The notes: generated by a model not told the origin, from the sequence alone. Numbered from the stretch's first letter, positions 28,150-37,646 are shown. The stretch: 64,000 nt of DNA from Euryarchaeota archaeon UBA251 (GCA_002497905.1 DAFJ01000024.1:260-64259); one strand, 5' to 3'. Made by a program: numbers and translations.

Positions 28150-28710
28150 TCATTCGCGTCCATATGCAGCAAGCGCGGCTTGGAAGAGACGCTGTCTAGG
28201 CACGTCATGCTCCAAGAAGCACGTGAATGGAGCTAGGTCCTTCAGTAGCTCGATAGTACCAACATAGGCTCCATAGATGAATGGGTCAGCCTCCTCAGTC
28301 GCAGGTATCTCAAATCCGAGTTTTGCTAGCCCCTTACGTGTATCCTCATCCCATATTGCATATGTGTGGCTAGTGAAGTGCAGGTAAGCAGAAAGCCGTC
28401 GTAAATCGGAGGTCATTACATCGTCTAGGCTTTCGAATAGTAGGGTATCTGGATAGCGAATTGCAAGAAGGAATAGGCGTAGCATTATCTCCTGTTCACT
28501 AGATATTTTCAGTTCTTCTAACCCCATCCATTCGTCGATTAGGCCAAACATATGATTGGGATATGGACGATACACCTTGTAGAGTAACTCTTCGTAACCT
28601 TCGGGATCTTCTTCGGCTTGGTGATGGTGCATCTCGAAGAGTTCGGGGACTCTCTCAAAGAAGGGGCGTAGACGATTACGGTCAACAGCAAGAAGGGATA
28701 GTGTCTGCAT
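28150..28710 (-). CDS. Hypothetical soluble acidic protein, downstream partner of the BoxB-like gene
   Basis: 186-aa ORF with ATG at 28710 and no recognisable motif. Same strand, 26 nt after the BoxB-like stop. Confidence 0.5.
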   Translation of the reverse strand: MQTLSLLAVDRNRLRPFFERVPELFEMHHHQAEEDPEGYEELLYKVYRPYPNHMFGLIDEWMGLEELKISSEQEIMLRLFLLAIRYPDTLLFESLDDVMTSDLRRLSAYLHFTSHTYAIWDEDTRKGLAKLGFEIPATEEADPFIYGAYVGTIELLKDLAPFTCFLEHDVPRQRLFQAALAAYGRE

Positions 28711-28736
28711 TTCTCACACGCTCCGATGGATTAGAA

Positions 28737-29882
28737 TTACTCCTTCCATTCACGATATTGAATCCATTCAACACCGGGGGCCATGTATTCTTCCATGAGT
28801 TTCTTTTCATCCGCTTCTGTAGGAAGGTTATCGTCAAGGTATTTTTGCCACTCAGAATCGCTTCCTTCGAATGGTTCGCCAGTGATAGTGTAGCGTTTGT
28901 CTGAGTACATGCCGATACCTCGATTGAATTTGTCTGAAGGACAGAACAACTCAGGTTCGCCTTCTTTCCTAGCCTTACTTGTCCGCTTCATGTCTGCACG
29001 GATTTCATCGAAGTAGAGCATGCGACTTGCTTCGTTTAGGTGCTCTCGATCAGCCTTTTCGGAAGATTCGCGCTCATCATATCTGCCCTTAACTCCATAG
29101 ACGTAAGCCCATTGAGCGGAAGTCGACTCATCTGTTCCAAATAGGTCAAGGCCGGTGCTGACCCATTTGTTGATGTATTTCTGAAGGAAGGCGACAGGAA
29201 TCACACCAGCTCTCACGATTCTGCGGATTCCATTTGCTCCGGTGCCTAAGTGGAAAGACTCTTCTTTTAGCATGGGTCCCATTGAAGCAGCCAGAGGCTG
29301 GAACGAACTTGTTGAGAGCATCTTGAGTTGATACTTCCCATCTCGGTCGATGAACTGGGTGAAGCAGAAGAAATCGAGCCAGTGATCAATTGGAGCGTTG
29401 AATGAACCAAGAAGACGGGTACCATCCTGTGCGTTTCTTTCAAGGAGTTTCGCGGCTTCTCTTACACCCTGTTCGCCGAAGTATGTGCAGAGGAGGTAAG
29501 CCATTTGCCATCCGTGGCGTTGTTCTTCACACATGATTCGAAGTGCGGACTTTCGATCGTACTCGGTCGGGGCAGTTGCAAGGAGATGGTTTTGCTGTTC
29601 GACGGAGGCGAATTCAGTGTCGCCCTGAACACTGACCATGGTTAGGATAGCATCGATAATGTTCTGTTGGGGGATTTGCATTCGGCGTTTCCATTTGGGC
29701 ATGCCCGCGAAATCACCGAATTCGATTGTATCTCCTGCGGAATCCCAATCAAAGCGAATTTCGAAGCGGTAGTCCCCAAGCCAAGATGGATCGAAGCCGA
29801 TACGAGTTTGCCAATCTTGGAATTCTTGGACCCACCCCTCAAAGTTGGGATGGTAATTCTCTACAATCTCAGTGGTGCTCAT
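28737..29882 (-). CDS. Diiron-carboxylate oxygenase of the BoxB (benzoyl-CoA 2,3-epoxidase component B)/PaaA-like group
   Basis: Two E-x-x-H diiron motifs, MCEEQRHGW and LKEESFHLG. VQGDTEFASVEQQ and FIDRDGKYQL closely resemble BoxB segments I recall (QGDTEPASVEQQ, DRDGKFQL). At 381 aa it is shorter than canonical BoxB. Confidence 0.65.
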   Translation of the reverse strand: MSTTEIVENYHPNFEGWVQEFQDWQTRIGFDPSWLGDYRFEIRFDWDSAGDTIEFGDFAGMPKWKRRMQIPQQNIIDAILTMVSVQGDTEFASVEQQNHLLATAPTEYDRKSALRIMCEEQRHGWQMAYLLCTYFGEQGVREAAKLLERNAQDGTRLLGSFNAPIDHWLDFFCFTQFIDRDGKYQLKMLSTSSFQPLAASMGPMLKEESFHLGTGANGIRRIVRAGVIPVAFLQKYINKWVSTGLDLFGTDESTSAQWAYVYGVKGRYDERESSEKADREHLNEASRMLYFDEIRADMKRTSKARKEGEPELFCPSDKFNRGIGMYSDKRYTITGEPFEGSDSEWQKYLDDNLPTEADEKKLMEEYMAPGVEWIQYREWKE

Positions 29883-29963
29883 GTTTAGTAGGGGGTGGAT
29901 GGTGGTATTTCAACATCAGCCATGGCCCGTGGAAAGCCATCCTGCGAGCAGGTGACTGGAATC

Positions 29964-30824
29964 TTAGTTTCCGGAGAAGCGCGGAGTTTCCTTTTCGACA
30001 TAGGCTTTGATTCCGGCCTTTGCATCATCCGATTGGAAGAGATCGGACTGGAGTTCACGCTCTAGCGCAAGATGATACTCCAATGGAATCTCCATCCCAC
30101 TCTGCACGCTTCGCTTGATGTTCCCAATGGCCTTAGCTGCAGCGAAAGGAAGGGTGAATCGACCAGCATAGTCTAGGGTATCTTGTCGGTATTCTTCGAG
30201 AGTCATACTGTCATATATGTCGTGCACTAGATCCATTTCTTTGGCCTCTTCAAACGAGAATTTTCGACCAGTGACCATGATCTCCATCGCTTTCGCTTTA
30301 CCGACGAGACGTGAAAGTCGAGCAGTACCACCTGTGCCTGCGAGGACACCAAGGGAGACCTCTGGAAGTCCTACCTGGAAGTTGCCCTTGCGACCAATGC
30401 GAATATCTGCTGCCATGGCGATTTCAAGGCCACCACCAACAGTATGGCCGTTCAGAGCAGCGATAACGAGTTTTGGGGTCTGTTCTAGGCGAGAGAGAGT
30501 TTCGTTTGCATGGAGGCAGAAGAAGTACTTGTAGCGCGGCGTGAGTTTGTTGAGATACTTGATGCTAGCACCAGCTGAAAAGAATTTGTCACCGTGTCCA
30601 GTGAGAAGTATTACTGAAACATCATCATCAAATCGAGCTGCAAGGATTGCGTCATCGATATCGTGCCACATTTCGCGAGTGTAGGTATTCACCGACGTCT
30701 TGTCGCCTTCAAGCGGTTCACCATCCGAATCGGAGATAAGTTCGATGATGGCGACACCATTGTCACTCACACCGTAGTTCACAAGTCGGTTCTTCATAGG
30801 CTTCAGTTCAGGCCACTCTGACAT
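29964..30824 (-). CDS. Crotonase-superfamily enzyme (enoyl-CoA hydratase/hydrolase)
   Basis: FFSAGASI and ALNGHTVGGGLEIAMAAD oxyanion-hole motifs. ATG at 30824 avoids overlap with the upstream gene; the longer track ORF to 30956 is probably an artefact. Confidence 0.8.
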   Translation of the reverse strand: MSEWPELKPMKNRLVNYGVSDNGVAIIELISDSDGEPLEGDKTSVNTYTREMWHDIDDAILAARFDDDVSVILLTGHGDKFFSAGASIKYLNKLTPRYKYFFCLHANETLSRLEQTPKLVIAALNGHTVGGGLEIAMAADIRIGRKGNFQVGLPEVSLGVLAGTGGTARLSRLVGKAKAMEIMVTGRKFSFEEAKEMDLVHDIYDSMTLEEYRQDTLDYAGRFTLPFAAAKAIGNIKRSVQSGMEIPLEYHLALERELQSDLFQSDDAKAGIKAYVEKETPRFSGN

Positions 30825-30867
30825 ACATCGCCCAACGGAACGGGGCATAAGAAGTTGAGGTCGAGTA

Positions 30868-32106
30868 TCAGGCGGTGTCATTATCGCCGAAGGACACCCG
30901 TCCCCCGGAGGATCTGATACTCTTCCACTCCTCTGCAATCTCGTTCGCTCTGACACTCATTTCCCACTCGTCTCGCTTCAACGCCTTTCTGAAGGGCATT
31001 CTTCGTGCAGTTCGCCCATCGGTCAGTTGCACCTTTCTAAGTAGCAGTTGTTTTGTAATCGGCCAAAGCATACGGCGAAACAATCCTGGCTTGTATAGAC
31101 GTTCCATGAACAATAGACCATCTCCAGTTTTCTCTTGGTTCTTCATCCAATAAGTAGCGACTCGCTTGAATCCACGGTCGCCAATACGGTTCATCAGTAG
31201 GCGGTTAGTTGCACTAGTACGAATCGATGGGAGCAACGTGGAGCGGATACGTGCATCGTATTCTTGGCCGCCTCCATTGAGGATGGTTTGCGCTGCGTGA
31301 ACACCACTTGTAATCGCATAACGCATTCCAAAGCCCCACATAAAGTCCTGAAGCCCACCGGCTTCACCAACGTAGTACTTTCCATCATGGTAGTAGGAAT
31401 TAGGGAGGGAGAAGTCACCCATCCCTCCGACCCGTTTGATAGGTTCACGATCGAGGTCAGGATACATCCGTTCATACCAGGCAATAGTCTCGTTGAGATA
31501 TCGATTTGATTGTTTTTGTTTACGCCATAGACAGGTGCATATGAGGCCTATTCCTTGTATGACTATTAGGTAAGAATAGGCGCCTGGCGCTAACTTGTCA
31601 TTGAGTTGAAATGTCACATGATCAGGGTGAGATGTTCGAAAAACTTCGCCAAATGCGACTGCACTCGTCTTCTTCGGACCTGCGGCAATGATGGTGCAAG
31701 TTTCTGGGTCAACCTTTGAACCGTATCTAATTTCTGCACCTGCTTTGATTGCCATCCGCTTGAATCCCTGGTCGATACAGTGTTCATCTGTACCTCGTTC
31801 AACAATTCTGAACGCTAGTCGAGGGCTCTGAGGTATGGTGATTGTGTCATCTGGGTGTGCCAGATCCATCTGCTTGAAATCTGTTGAACGGAAGCCATCA
31901 GGATCTAGTCCCCATTCTCTCATTTCATCGAAGAAGTCACTGCTTTGTGTCCAATTTTCAAGGCCTTGAAAATCTCCATCAAAACGGGCTCCGGAATCTT
32001 TCCGAATATCGTGAACGGTGACATTCCGGCCCGCTTTAGCAAGAATAGTGGCCGCCGCGAGGCCGGAAAGACCAGCACCGAGAATGTGGATAACCTCGTC
32101 CGACAT
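30868..32106 (-). CDS. FAD-dependent oxidoreductase (geranylgeranyl-reductase/FixC-like fold)
   Basis: The dinucleotide fold IHILGAGLSGLAAATILAKAG sits right after the ATG at 32106. GD motif VGEAGG. Confidence 0.75.
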   Translation of the reverse strand: MSDEVIHILGAGLSGLAAATILAKAGRNVTVHDIRKDSGARFDGDFQGLENWTQSSDFFDEMREWGLDPDGFRSTDFKQMDLAHPDDTITIPQSPRLAFRIVERGTDEHCIDQGFKRMAIKAGAEIRYGSKVDPETCTIIAAGPKKTSAVAFGEVFRTSHPDHVTFQLNDKLAPGAYSYLIVIQGIGLICTCLWRKQKQSNRYLNETIAWYERMYPDLDREPIKRVGGMGDFSLPNSYYHDGKYYVGEAGGLQDFMWGFGMRYAITSGVHAAQTILNGGGQEYDARIRSTLLPSIRTSATNRLLMNRIGDRGFKRVATYWMKNQEKTGDGLLFMERLYKPGLFRRMLWPITKQLLLRKVQLTDGRTARRMPFRKALKRDEWEMSVRANEIAEEWKSIRSSGGRVSFGDNDTA

Positions 32107-32187
32107 GGCGTCTCCTCGGAATCGCCATGCATCAATGTGCCCAAGAATGCTCCGAAGCACCTTTGCGTTCGATGCCGTCCATGCATC

Positions 32188-32613
32188 ATGGCCGAGCGGG
32201 TGGTAATCCATGTTGAGACCGATCATCTTGATTCAGATGCTCTCAGATCTAAACTCGATTTGTCTGGTTGTGGTGGCGTAGTGTCCTTCCTAGGGATTAC
32301 ACGAGGAGTGGAAGACGGAATGGAGGTCCATGCGCTTGAATTCGATGCTTGGGAAGAGCGCCTTCCTACGGTTCTGAATGATCTTGTCCTAGAGTCAGTG
32401 AATCGTTTCGGTGTACTCGCGGTTGCTATAGCGCATCGCATCGGTCGTGTCGGAGTAGGTGAACCGATTGTGTCGATTCATGTCGGTTCTGCACATCGTA
32501 AGGAGGCCTTTGAGGCCTGTTCATGGCTTATCGATTCCCTCAAGAAACAGGCCCCTTTGTGGAAGAAGGAGATTCGAGAGGATGGGACACATTGGAAGGA
32601 GGGATTGGGATGA
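32188..32613 (+). CDS. moaE: Molybdopterin synthase catalytic subunit MoaE
   Basis: GEPIVSIHVGSAHRKEAFEACSWLIDSLKKQAPLWKKE matches the MoaE signature (..HR.eAF.a....id.lK...PiWKKE). ATG at 32188. Confidence 0.8.
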   Translation: MAERVVIHVETDHLDSDALRSKLDLSGCGGVVSFLGITRGVEDGMEVHALEFDAWEERLPTVLNDLVLESVNRFGVLAVAIAHRIGRVGVGEPIVSIHVGSAHRKEAFEACSWLIDSLKKQAPLWKKEIREDGTHWKEGLG

Positions 32614-33071
32614 ATGAGAAGGGCATTGATGGCATAATTCCTGTAGGACACAAGCCCATTATCGAGCGTTATGCTCAGGCTGAGGGCCGGCTACGTCTTG
32701 GTTCGGAAAGTATCGCTGCTATCCATCAAGGACTTGTGTCGAAGGGAGATGTATTGGAAGCGAGTACCGTAGCTGCCATTCAAGCGGCTAAAGAGACCCC
32801 ACGTGCGATTCCCCATTGCCATCCCATTCCACTGGAGAGTTGCCGAGTTGAGTGGGATTGGGAAGAATCCGACCTGATATGTCGAGTTAGTGTGTCTGCC
32901 CATTGGAAGACCGGCGTAGAGATGGAGGCACTTTGTGCTGTGACTACCGGGTTACTCTGCGCACTCGATATGGTGAAGTCCTTCGAGAAGGATGATGATG
33001 GTCAGTATCCATCTACTCGAATCCATGGAGTTCGAGTTCTGGAGAAGCGTAAATCCGATGGTGAGGTTTAG
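32610..33071 (+). CDS. moaC: Cyclic pyranopterin monophosphate synthase accessory protein MoaC
   Basis: KGDVL..A..AAIQAAK.T...IP.CHPIPL and TGVEMEAL motifs. ATGA overlap with the moaE stop. Confidence 0.85.
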   Translation: MNEKGIDGIIPVGHKPIIERYAQAEGRLRLGSESIAAIHQGLVSKGDVLEASTVAAIQAAKETPRAIPHCHPIPLESCRVEWDWEESDLICRVSVSAHWKTGVEMEALCAVTTGLLCALDMVKSFEKDDDGQYPSTRIHGVRVLEKRKSDGEV

Positions 33072-33095
33072 ACACCTAATCCTCTACGAGCCACC

Positions 33096-34049
33096 ATGAA
33101 GCGCACCGCCGATCTGGCTGAGTCCTTCCTGAGAGCAACTGAAGCCGCTGCCATTGCTGCAGCTGATTGGCGTGGCCGAGGAGAGGGGAAAATAGCAGAT
33201 GGTGCCGCGGTAGAAGCTATGCGTGCGGTATTCGACACAGTTCCTTTCGACGGTCGTGTTGCAATTGGTGAAGGGGAGCGTGATGATGCACCCATGCTTT
33301 GGATTGGGGAACCACTCGGCAACCGACAGGGGGACTCTGATGCGCTGAGTATCGATATTGCAGTTGATCCTCTTGAGTGTACTAACCATTGTGCTAAGGA
33401 TTCACCTAACGCAATCGCAGTCCTTGCAGCCGCTCCTCGCGGAACTCTACTCCATGCACCTGACTGCTACATGGACAAGATTGCCGGTCCTGCTGAACTT
33501 GCGGGAAAGATTTCTCTTGAAGCTGATGTTGCTTACAACATTGAAGCGGCTTCGCAGGCGCTAGACAAGCCGGTTCGTGATCTTTTGACAGTAGTCATGG
33601 ATCGTCCTCGTCATGAGAATCTCATTCGTGAGCTTCGAGATTTGGATGTAAAGGTCCGTTTGATTGGCGATGGTGATGTGTCTGCGGCTCTCGATGCTGC
33701 GAATCCAGATTCCGAGGTTGACATGCTGATTGGTATTGGTGCCGCCCCGGAAGGCGTCATTACCGCTACAGCATTACGTGGTTTAGGGGCTCATTTTGAG
33801 GGGCAACTTGTGTTCAAGAATGATGGTCATCGAGAACGTGCGGAGGATATGATAGATGGTGATATCGAGCGTATATGGCAGCGGGATGATCTTTGCACAT
33901 CTGATGATGCAATCTTCGTTGCGAGTGGTGTATGCAGCGGTTATCTTCCTGGTGTAGAGTTTCTACCCGGGCGCACTGCCGTTCATAGCGAGATTATCGA
34001 TGTCATGCAAGGAACTCGCCGATTCGTGAGCAATGACTACCCTCGTTGA
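33096..34049 (+). CDS. glpX: Fructose-1,6-bisphosphatase class II (GlpX type)
   Basis: ATEAAAIAAADWRGRG.K..AD.AAV.AMR and GEGERDDAPMLWIGE motifs; 317 aa. Confidence 0.9.
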   Translation: MKRTADLAESFLRATEAAAIAAADWRGRGEGKIADGAAVEAMRAVFDTVPFDGRVAIGEGERDDAPMLWIGEPLGNRQGDSDALSIDIAVDPLECTNHCAKDSPNAIAVLAAAPRGTLLHAPDCYMDKIAGPAELAGKISLEADVAYNIEAASQALDKPVRDLLTVVMDRPRHENLIRELRDLDVKVRLIGDGDVSAALDAANPDSEVDMLIGIGAAPEGVITATALRGLGAHFEGQLVFKNDGHRERAEDMIDGDIERIWQRDDLCTSDDAIFVASGVCSGYLPGVEFLPGRTAVHSEIIDVMQGTRRFVSNDYPR

Positions 34050-34097
34050 GAATACTCTGTGCGAACTCTTCAAGGACTGTTAGAGGGTGCTTTGGCC

Positions 34098-35111
34098 ATG
34101 GACACAGCGCTCCTTGAATCAACAGCGAATTTCCTCGTGGGACCCGGACGAGGCATCCTCGCGGCAGATGAATCCAATGGCACCATGACGAAGAGACTCG
34201 AAGCAGTTGGGGTAGAATCTTCATCGGAAACACGGCGAGAGTACCGTGCTAATTTGTTCGCTATGCCAACGATGGCGAAAGCAATCAGTGGTGTGATTCT
34301 CTACGATGAAACCATCCGCCAGAATGCAGTTGACGGCACCTCAATCCCTGATTATCTACATGCTCGCGACATCATGCCTGGCATCAAAGTGGATACTGGA
34401 GCCAAACCACTCGCTTGTAATGATGGTGAGACTGTTACAGAGGGTCTCGATGGTTTACGGGATCGCTGTATGGAGTATTTCCAGATGGGTGCCCGATTCG
34501 CTAAGTGGAGAGCTGTAATCCGCATTGATGATGGCATGCCTTCAGATGCTTGTATATCCACTAACGCTCATGCTCTCGCACGTTATGCTGCCATCTGTCA
34601 AGAACAAGGGCTCGTCCCAATTATCGAACCCGAGGTCTTGATGGAGGGAAATCATGATGCTCAACGATGCTTCGATATCACCGCGACTGTCCTTGATGCT
34701 ACATGGGAAGCTTGCGCGGTTCAGGGTGTTCATCTTCCTGGTGCACTTCTGAAGCCTAACATGATTCTTCCAGGTAAGGCACATGCTGTCCGTAGCGATG
34801 TGGATACATGTGCTAGGATGACCATTGATCTTCTTCACAACCATGTCCCTCACGAAATCCCTGGTGTTGTTTTCTTGTCTGGCGGACAAACCGAGGTCGA
34901 AGCTACGGCGCATCTCAACGCGATGAACAACATGGGGCCTCATCCGTTCCAATTGTCTTACTCTTATGGTCGGGCACTCCAATCATCCACCCTCAAAACA
35001 TGGGCGAAGAATCGCGACAATGTAGGCGAAGCTCACGAAGTATTTGCTCATCGATGCGAGATGGCACATCTTGCCCGTTCAGGCTCCTGGTCCACAGATC
35101 TAGAGGTATGA
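34098..35111 (+). CDS. fba: Fructose-bisphosphate aldolase class I (eukaryote/bacterial 'Glycolytic' family)
   Basis: GRGILAADESNGTMTKRL, the Schiff-base region LLKPNM and YSYGRALQ. ATG at 34098; the track start at 34059 is GTG. Confidence 0.9.
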   Translation: MDTALLESTANFLVGPGRGILAADESNGTMTKRLEAVGVESSSETRREYRANLFAMPTMAKAISGVILYDETIRQNAVDGTSIPDYLHARDIMPGIKVDTGAKPLACNDGETVTEGLDGLRDRCMEYFQMGARFAKWRAVIRIDDGMPSDACISTNAHALARYAAICQEQGLVPIIEPEVLMEGNHDAQRCFDITATVLDATWEACAVQGVHLPGALLKPNMILPGKAHAVRSDVDTCARMTIDLLHNHVPHEIPGVVFLSGGQTEVEATAHLNAMNNMGPHPFQLSYSYGRALQSSTLKTWAKNRDNVGEAHEVFAHRCEMAHLARSGSWSTDLEV

Positions 35112-35117
35112 GCATTC

Positions 35118-35897
35118 ATGCGCATCGTCTCTTGGAATCTTAATGGAATCCGTGCAGCAATCCGGAAGGGATTGGATCTTTTCATTCATGAATTAGATGC
35201 GGACATTTGGCTCTTCCAAGAGGTTCGTGCTCTTCCCGAGCAACTTCCCAAGGATTGGACTCCTCCCTCTGATATGCAGGTAGAATGGCATCCTGCGGAG
35301 AAAAAAGGGTACTCTGGTGTGGCGACTTGGGGTCGCGGAGTATTCACAACTATTGGAAAAGGCATGGGACGTGGAGATGATCCAGGAGATTTGGAAGGTC
35401 GTATACTTGTTACGCAGCATAATGGGATTAGATGCATAAACACGTATCTACCAAGTGGTTCATCAAAAATCGAACGACAGTTATACAAGGAGAAATGGAT
35501 GAATGATTGGGCTGAATGGTTAGAATCTGAACTTGTCAGCGAGGAGCCTGTAATCGTCGCGGGCGACTTGAATATCGCTCATGAGGAAATCGATATTTGG
35601 AACGCTCGCGGAAATATGATGTCATCAGGCTTCCTTCCTCAGGAACGGGAATGGTTCAGTAGTCTTCTTGGAAATGGTTGGCATGATCTCTGTCGTGAAC
35701 ATTGGGGCCCAGTTCAGGGCCCCTATTCTTGGTGGTCAAACAGGGGGCGAGCACGGGAGGACAACAAGGGTTGGCGCATCGACTACATACTAGGAAACGA
35801 TGCTGCGAAGGAACGATTCAAGGATGCACGCATTGTGAGAGCAGGTGGCCTCCAGGTATCTGACCATGCGCCAGTAGTTGTTGACTTTGACATCTAA
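35118..35897 (+). CDS. xth: Exodeoxyribonuclease III / AP endonuclease
   Basis: MRIVSWNLNGIRA, LQEV, GDLNIAH, RIDY and SDHAP motifs. Confidence 0.9.
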   Translation: MRIVSWNLNGIRAAIRKGLDLFIHELDADIWLFQEVRALPEQLPKDWTPPSDMQVEWHPAEKKGYSGVATWGRGVFTTIGKGMGRGDDPGDLEGRILVTQHNGIRCINTYLPSGSSKIERQLYKEKWMNDWAEWLESELVSEEPVIVAGDLNIAHEEIDIWNARGNMMSSGFLPQEREWFSSLLGNGWHDLCREHWGPVQGPYSWWSNRGRAREDNKGWRIDYILGNDAAKERFKDARIVRAGGLQVSDHAPVVVDFDI

Positions 35898-37646
35898 TCA
35901 GACTCGTCGTCGTAACCTTTCCATCCGTCCATCTGCGTCACCTAGTGCGTCGAGACATCTAGGGACATCGGCTACTTCGTAGGCCTCCTTCACACTGGCG
36001 ACTGCGGCTTCGCATTCCAATCGTTCTAAATCATCAGGGCCAATTCCGGTCTTCTGTAGACGATTCCTGAGGTCTTTCCATTCACCGAGTAGGAATTCAA
36101 GGAGTTCTGTAGCATCTTCTATCGCAGCAGTACGAGCATCGAGTTCCTTTGTTAATTCATCCATAGACTCTGCAGCAGCCCTCCAAGACCCTTTCTTAGT
36201 AGCATCAAGGATTTGCCCTAATTTTGCTTCCCAATTTTCTTCATCAGACCAACCGACCCATCGCTTGCGTAGGGTTTTGCGTTGTCGCAGTGATCGTTGA
36301 ACACTCGCCTTAGCTTCCTCAGTAGCCTCAATCTCCCTTCGGATGGAATCTGCCAGTCCTCGTGCAAGAGAACCATCTCCTGCGTCTAGTGCTTCTTCTG
36401 CACGATTGAGCATTTCCTCCCAGAGCGTGATATCGAGCCCATCAGTCCGTGCGAGCAGGTCTTTTGCGTCTTGCACAGCTTCAGAGGCTGCTTCCATGGC
36501 TTCACCGAGATTGCTGACGTGTGTAGGGATAGCCAGAGCGATAGTCAATGCATCTCCAGGTTCTTCCGCATCCATTGCATCCTGTGCCGCTTGTAGGAGC
36601 GCATTCATCCGTTCTAAATCGGTTCCAGTCACCCCTTCCATGGATTTTTTTGCTTCATGAATTGCTTTTTCTGCATTCGCCCAGTTTGCGATGATGTCTT
36701 GCGCTCGAGTTTTTGCACGCCGATACAACATCTCCCCGTCTCGTAGACTACCAAGTTCGACCTCTCTTCGCCCTTGTTCCAGGGCCTTCATAGGCCGTTC
36801 AGCGAGAGGTGCGATTTCTTCAGATTCTTTGACGAATGTTGCGGCGTCCTCCTCAATTACCGTTATGTCTTCGGAGAAACTCAGGATGCGTTCCAGGTCA
36901 TCTTCCGCTTGTCGGAGAAGATGCATCCCCTCGTCGTGATCCGTCCAACCAACTTCGTTTGCCTTGGAGAGAAGAGATATTGCCTGATCGATGATGGTAC
37001 CGGAGGCTCGTACTTCGAGGAGACGAAGTTCAAGGGTCTCGTATCTATCTTTGAAAGCGCGTCTTTGTGTACGATCATCCTTGCCAAGTCGGAGATCGAA
37101 GCCGAATACAAAACCGGCGAACAACAGAGCAACTAGATACATCGCGATTTCTCTCTCAGGAATTTCAGCGATACACCATGCGGCTGCGATACCTATTCCA
37201 AGTAATCGTGTCATAGCTCGATATCGGATAACTTCGGATCGTGCCTCTTGTCCGAAAATTATCGTGTTTGAAACCATCAGGACTGCCCCGGAAAACATCC
37301 ATCCAATTCCAGCGAATTGACCGTCTTGGTGTTGGGATTCGATTGCATAAAACAATCCTGCCACTATGAGGGCAGGGCCAAGCATACCGCTTATAGTGCC
37401 AATTCGGGATCTCTGGTTAGGTCCGAAATCAACTAAATCTGCAACGAGGAGAGAACATCCGAGAAGGGCGAATAAGGGTATGAAACCATTGGACTCAGTA
37501 TCCCCTGATAGTGTTGGAAAGGCTAGGTATGCACCGAGAGAAACTAATGCAAGTGTGGTAATCAATCCGATACCATCTACGGGGCGTCGCCAAGCAGAGA
37601 GAGCTTGCTGAATACGCAATTCCTTGGAGTCCACCTCTCCCTCCAT
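35898..37646 (-). CDS. Membrane protein (~6-7 N-terminal TM helices) with a ~390-aa acidic all-helical cytoplasmic domain
   Basis: 582-aa ORF with ATG at 37646. Hydrophobic N-terminal third, then an A/E/L/R-rich helical region. Confidence 0.6.
   Translation of the reverse strand: MEGEVDSKELRIQQALSAWRRPVDGIGLITTLALVSLGAYLAFPTLSGDTESNGFIPLFALLGCSLLVADLVDFGPNQRSRIGTISGMLGPALIVAGLFYAIESQHQDGQFAGIGWMFSGAVLMVSNTIIFGQEARSEVIRYRAMTRLLGIGIAAAWCIAEIPEREIAMYLVALLFAGFVFGFDLRLGKDDRTQRRAFKDRYETLELRLLEVRASGTIIDQAISLLSKANEVGWTDHDEGMHLLRQAEDDLERILSFSEDITVIEEDAATFVKESEEIAPLAERPMKALEQGRREVELGSLRDGEMLYRRAKTRAQDIIANWANAEKAIHEAKKSMEGVTGTDLERMNALLQAAQDAMDAEEPGDALTIALAIPTHVSNLGEAMEAASEAVQDAKDLLARTDGLDITLWEEMLNRAEEALDAGDGSLARGLADSIRREIEATEEAKASVQRSLRQRKTLRKRWVGWSDEENWEAKLGQILDATKKGSWRAAAESMDELTKELDARTAAIEDATELLEFLLGEWKDLRNRLQKTGIGPDDLERLECEAAVASVKEAYEVADVPRCLDALGDADGRMERLRRRV

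Noticed and set aside
30825-30956. 44-codon N-terminal extension of the crotonase ORF
   Set aside because: It overlaps the 3' end of the upstream oxidoreductase gene and is Arg/Pro-rich. The crotonase fold starts after the ATG at 30824.
31945-32226. Long N-terminal extensions of moaE (from 31945) and of the FAD oxidoreductase (to 32226)
   Set aside because: The extensions overlap each other antisense. The conserved domains begin at ATG 32188 and ATG 32106 respectively, leaving an 81-bp divergent spacer.
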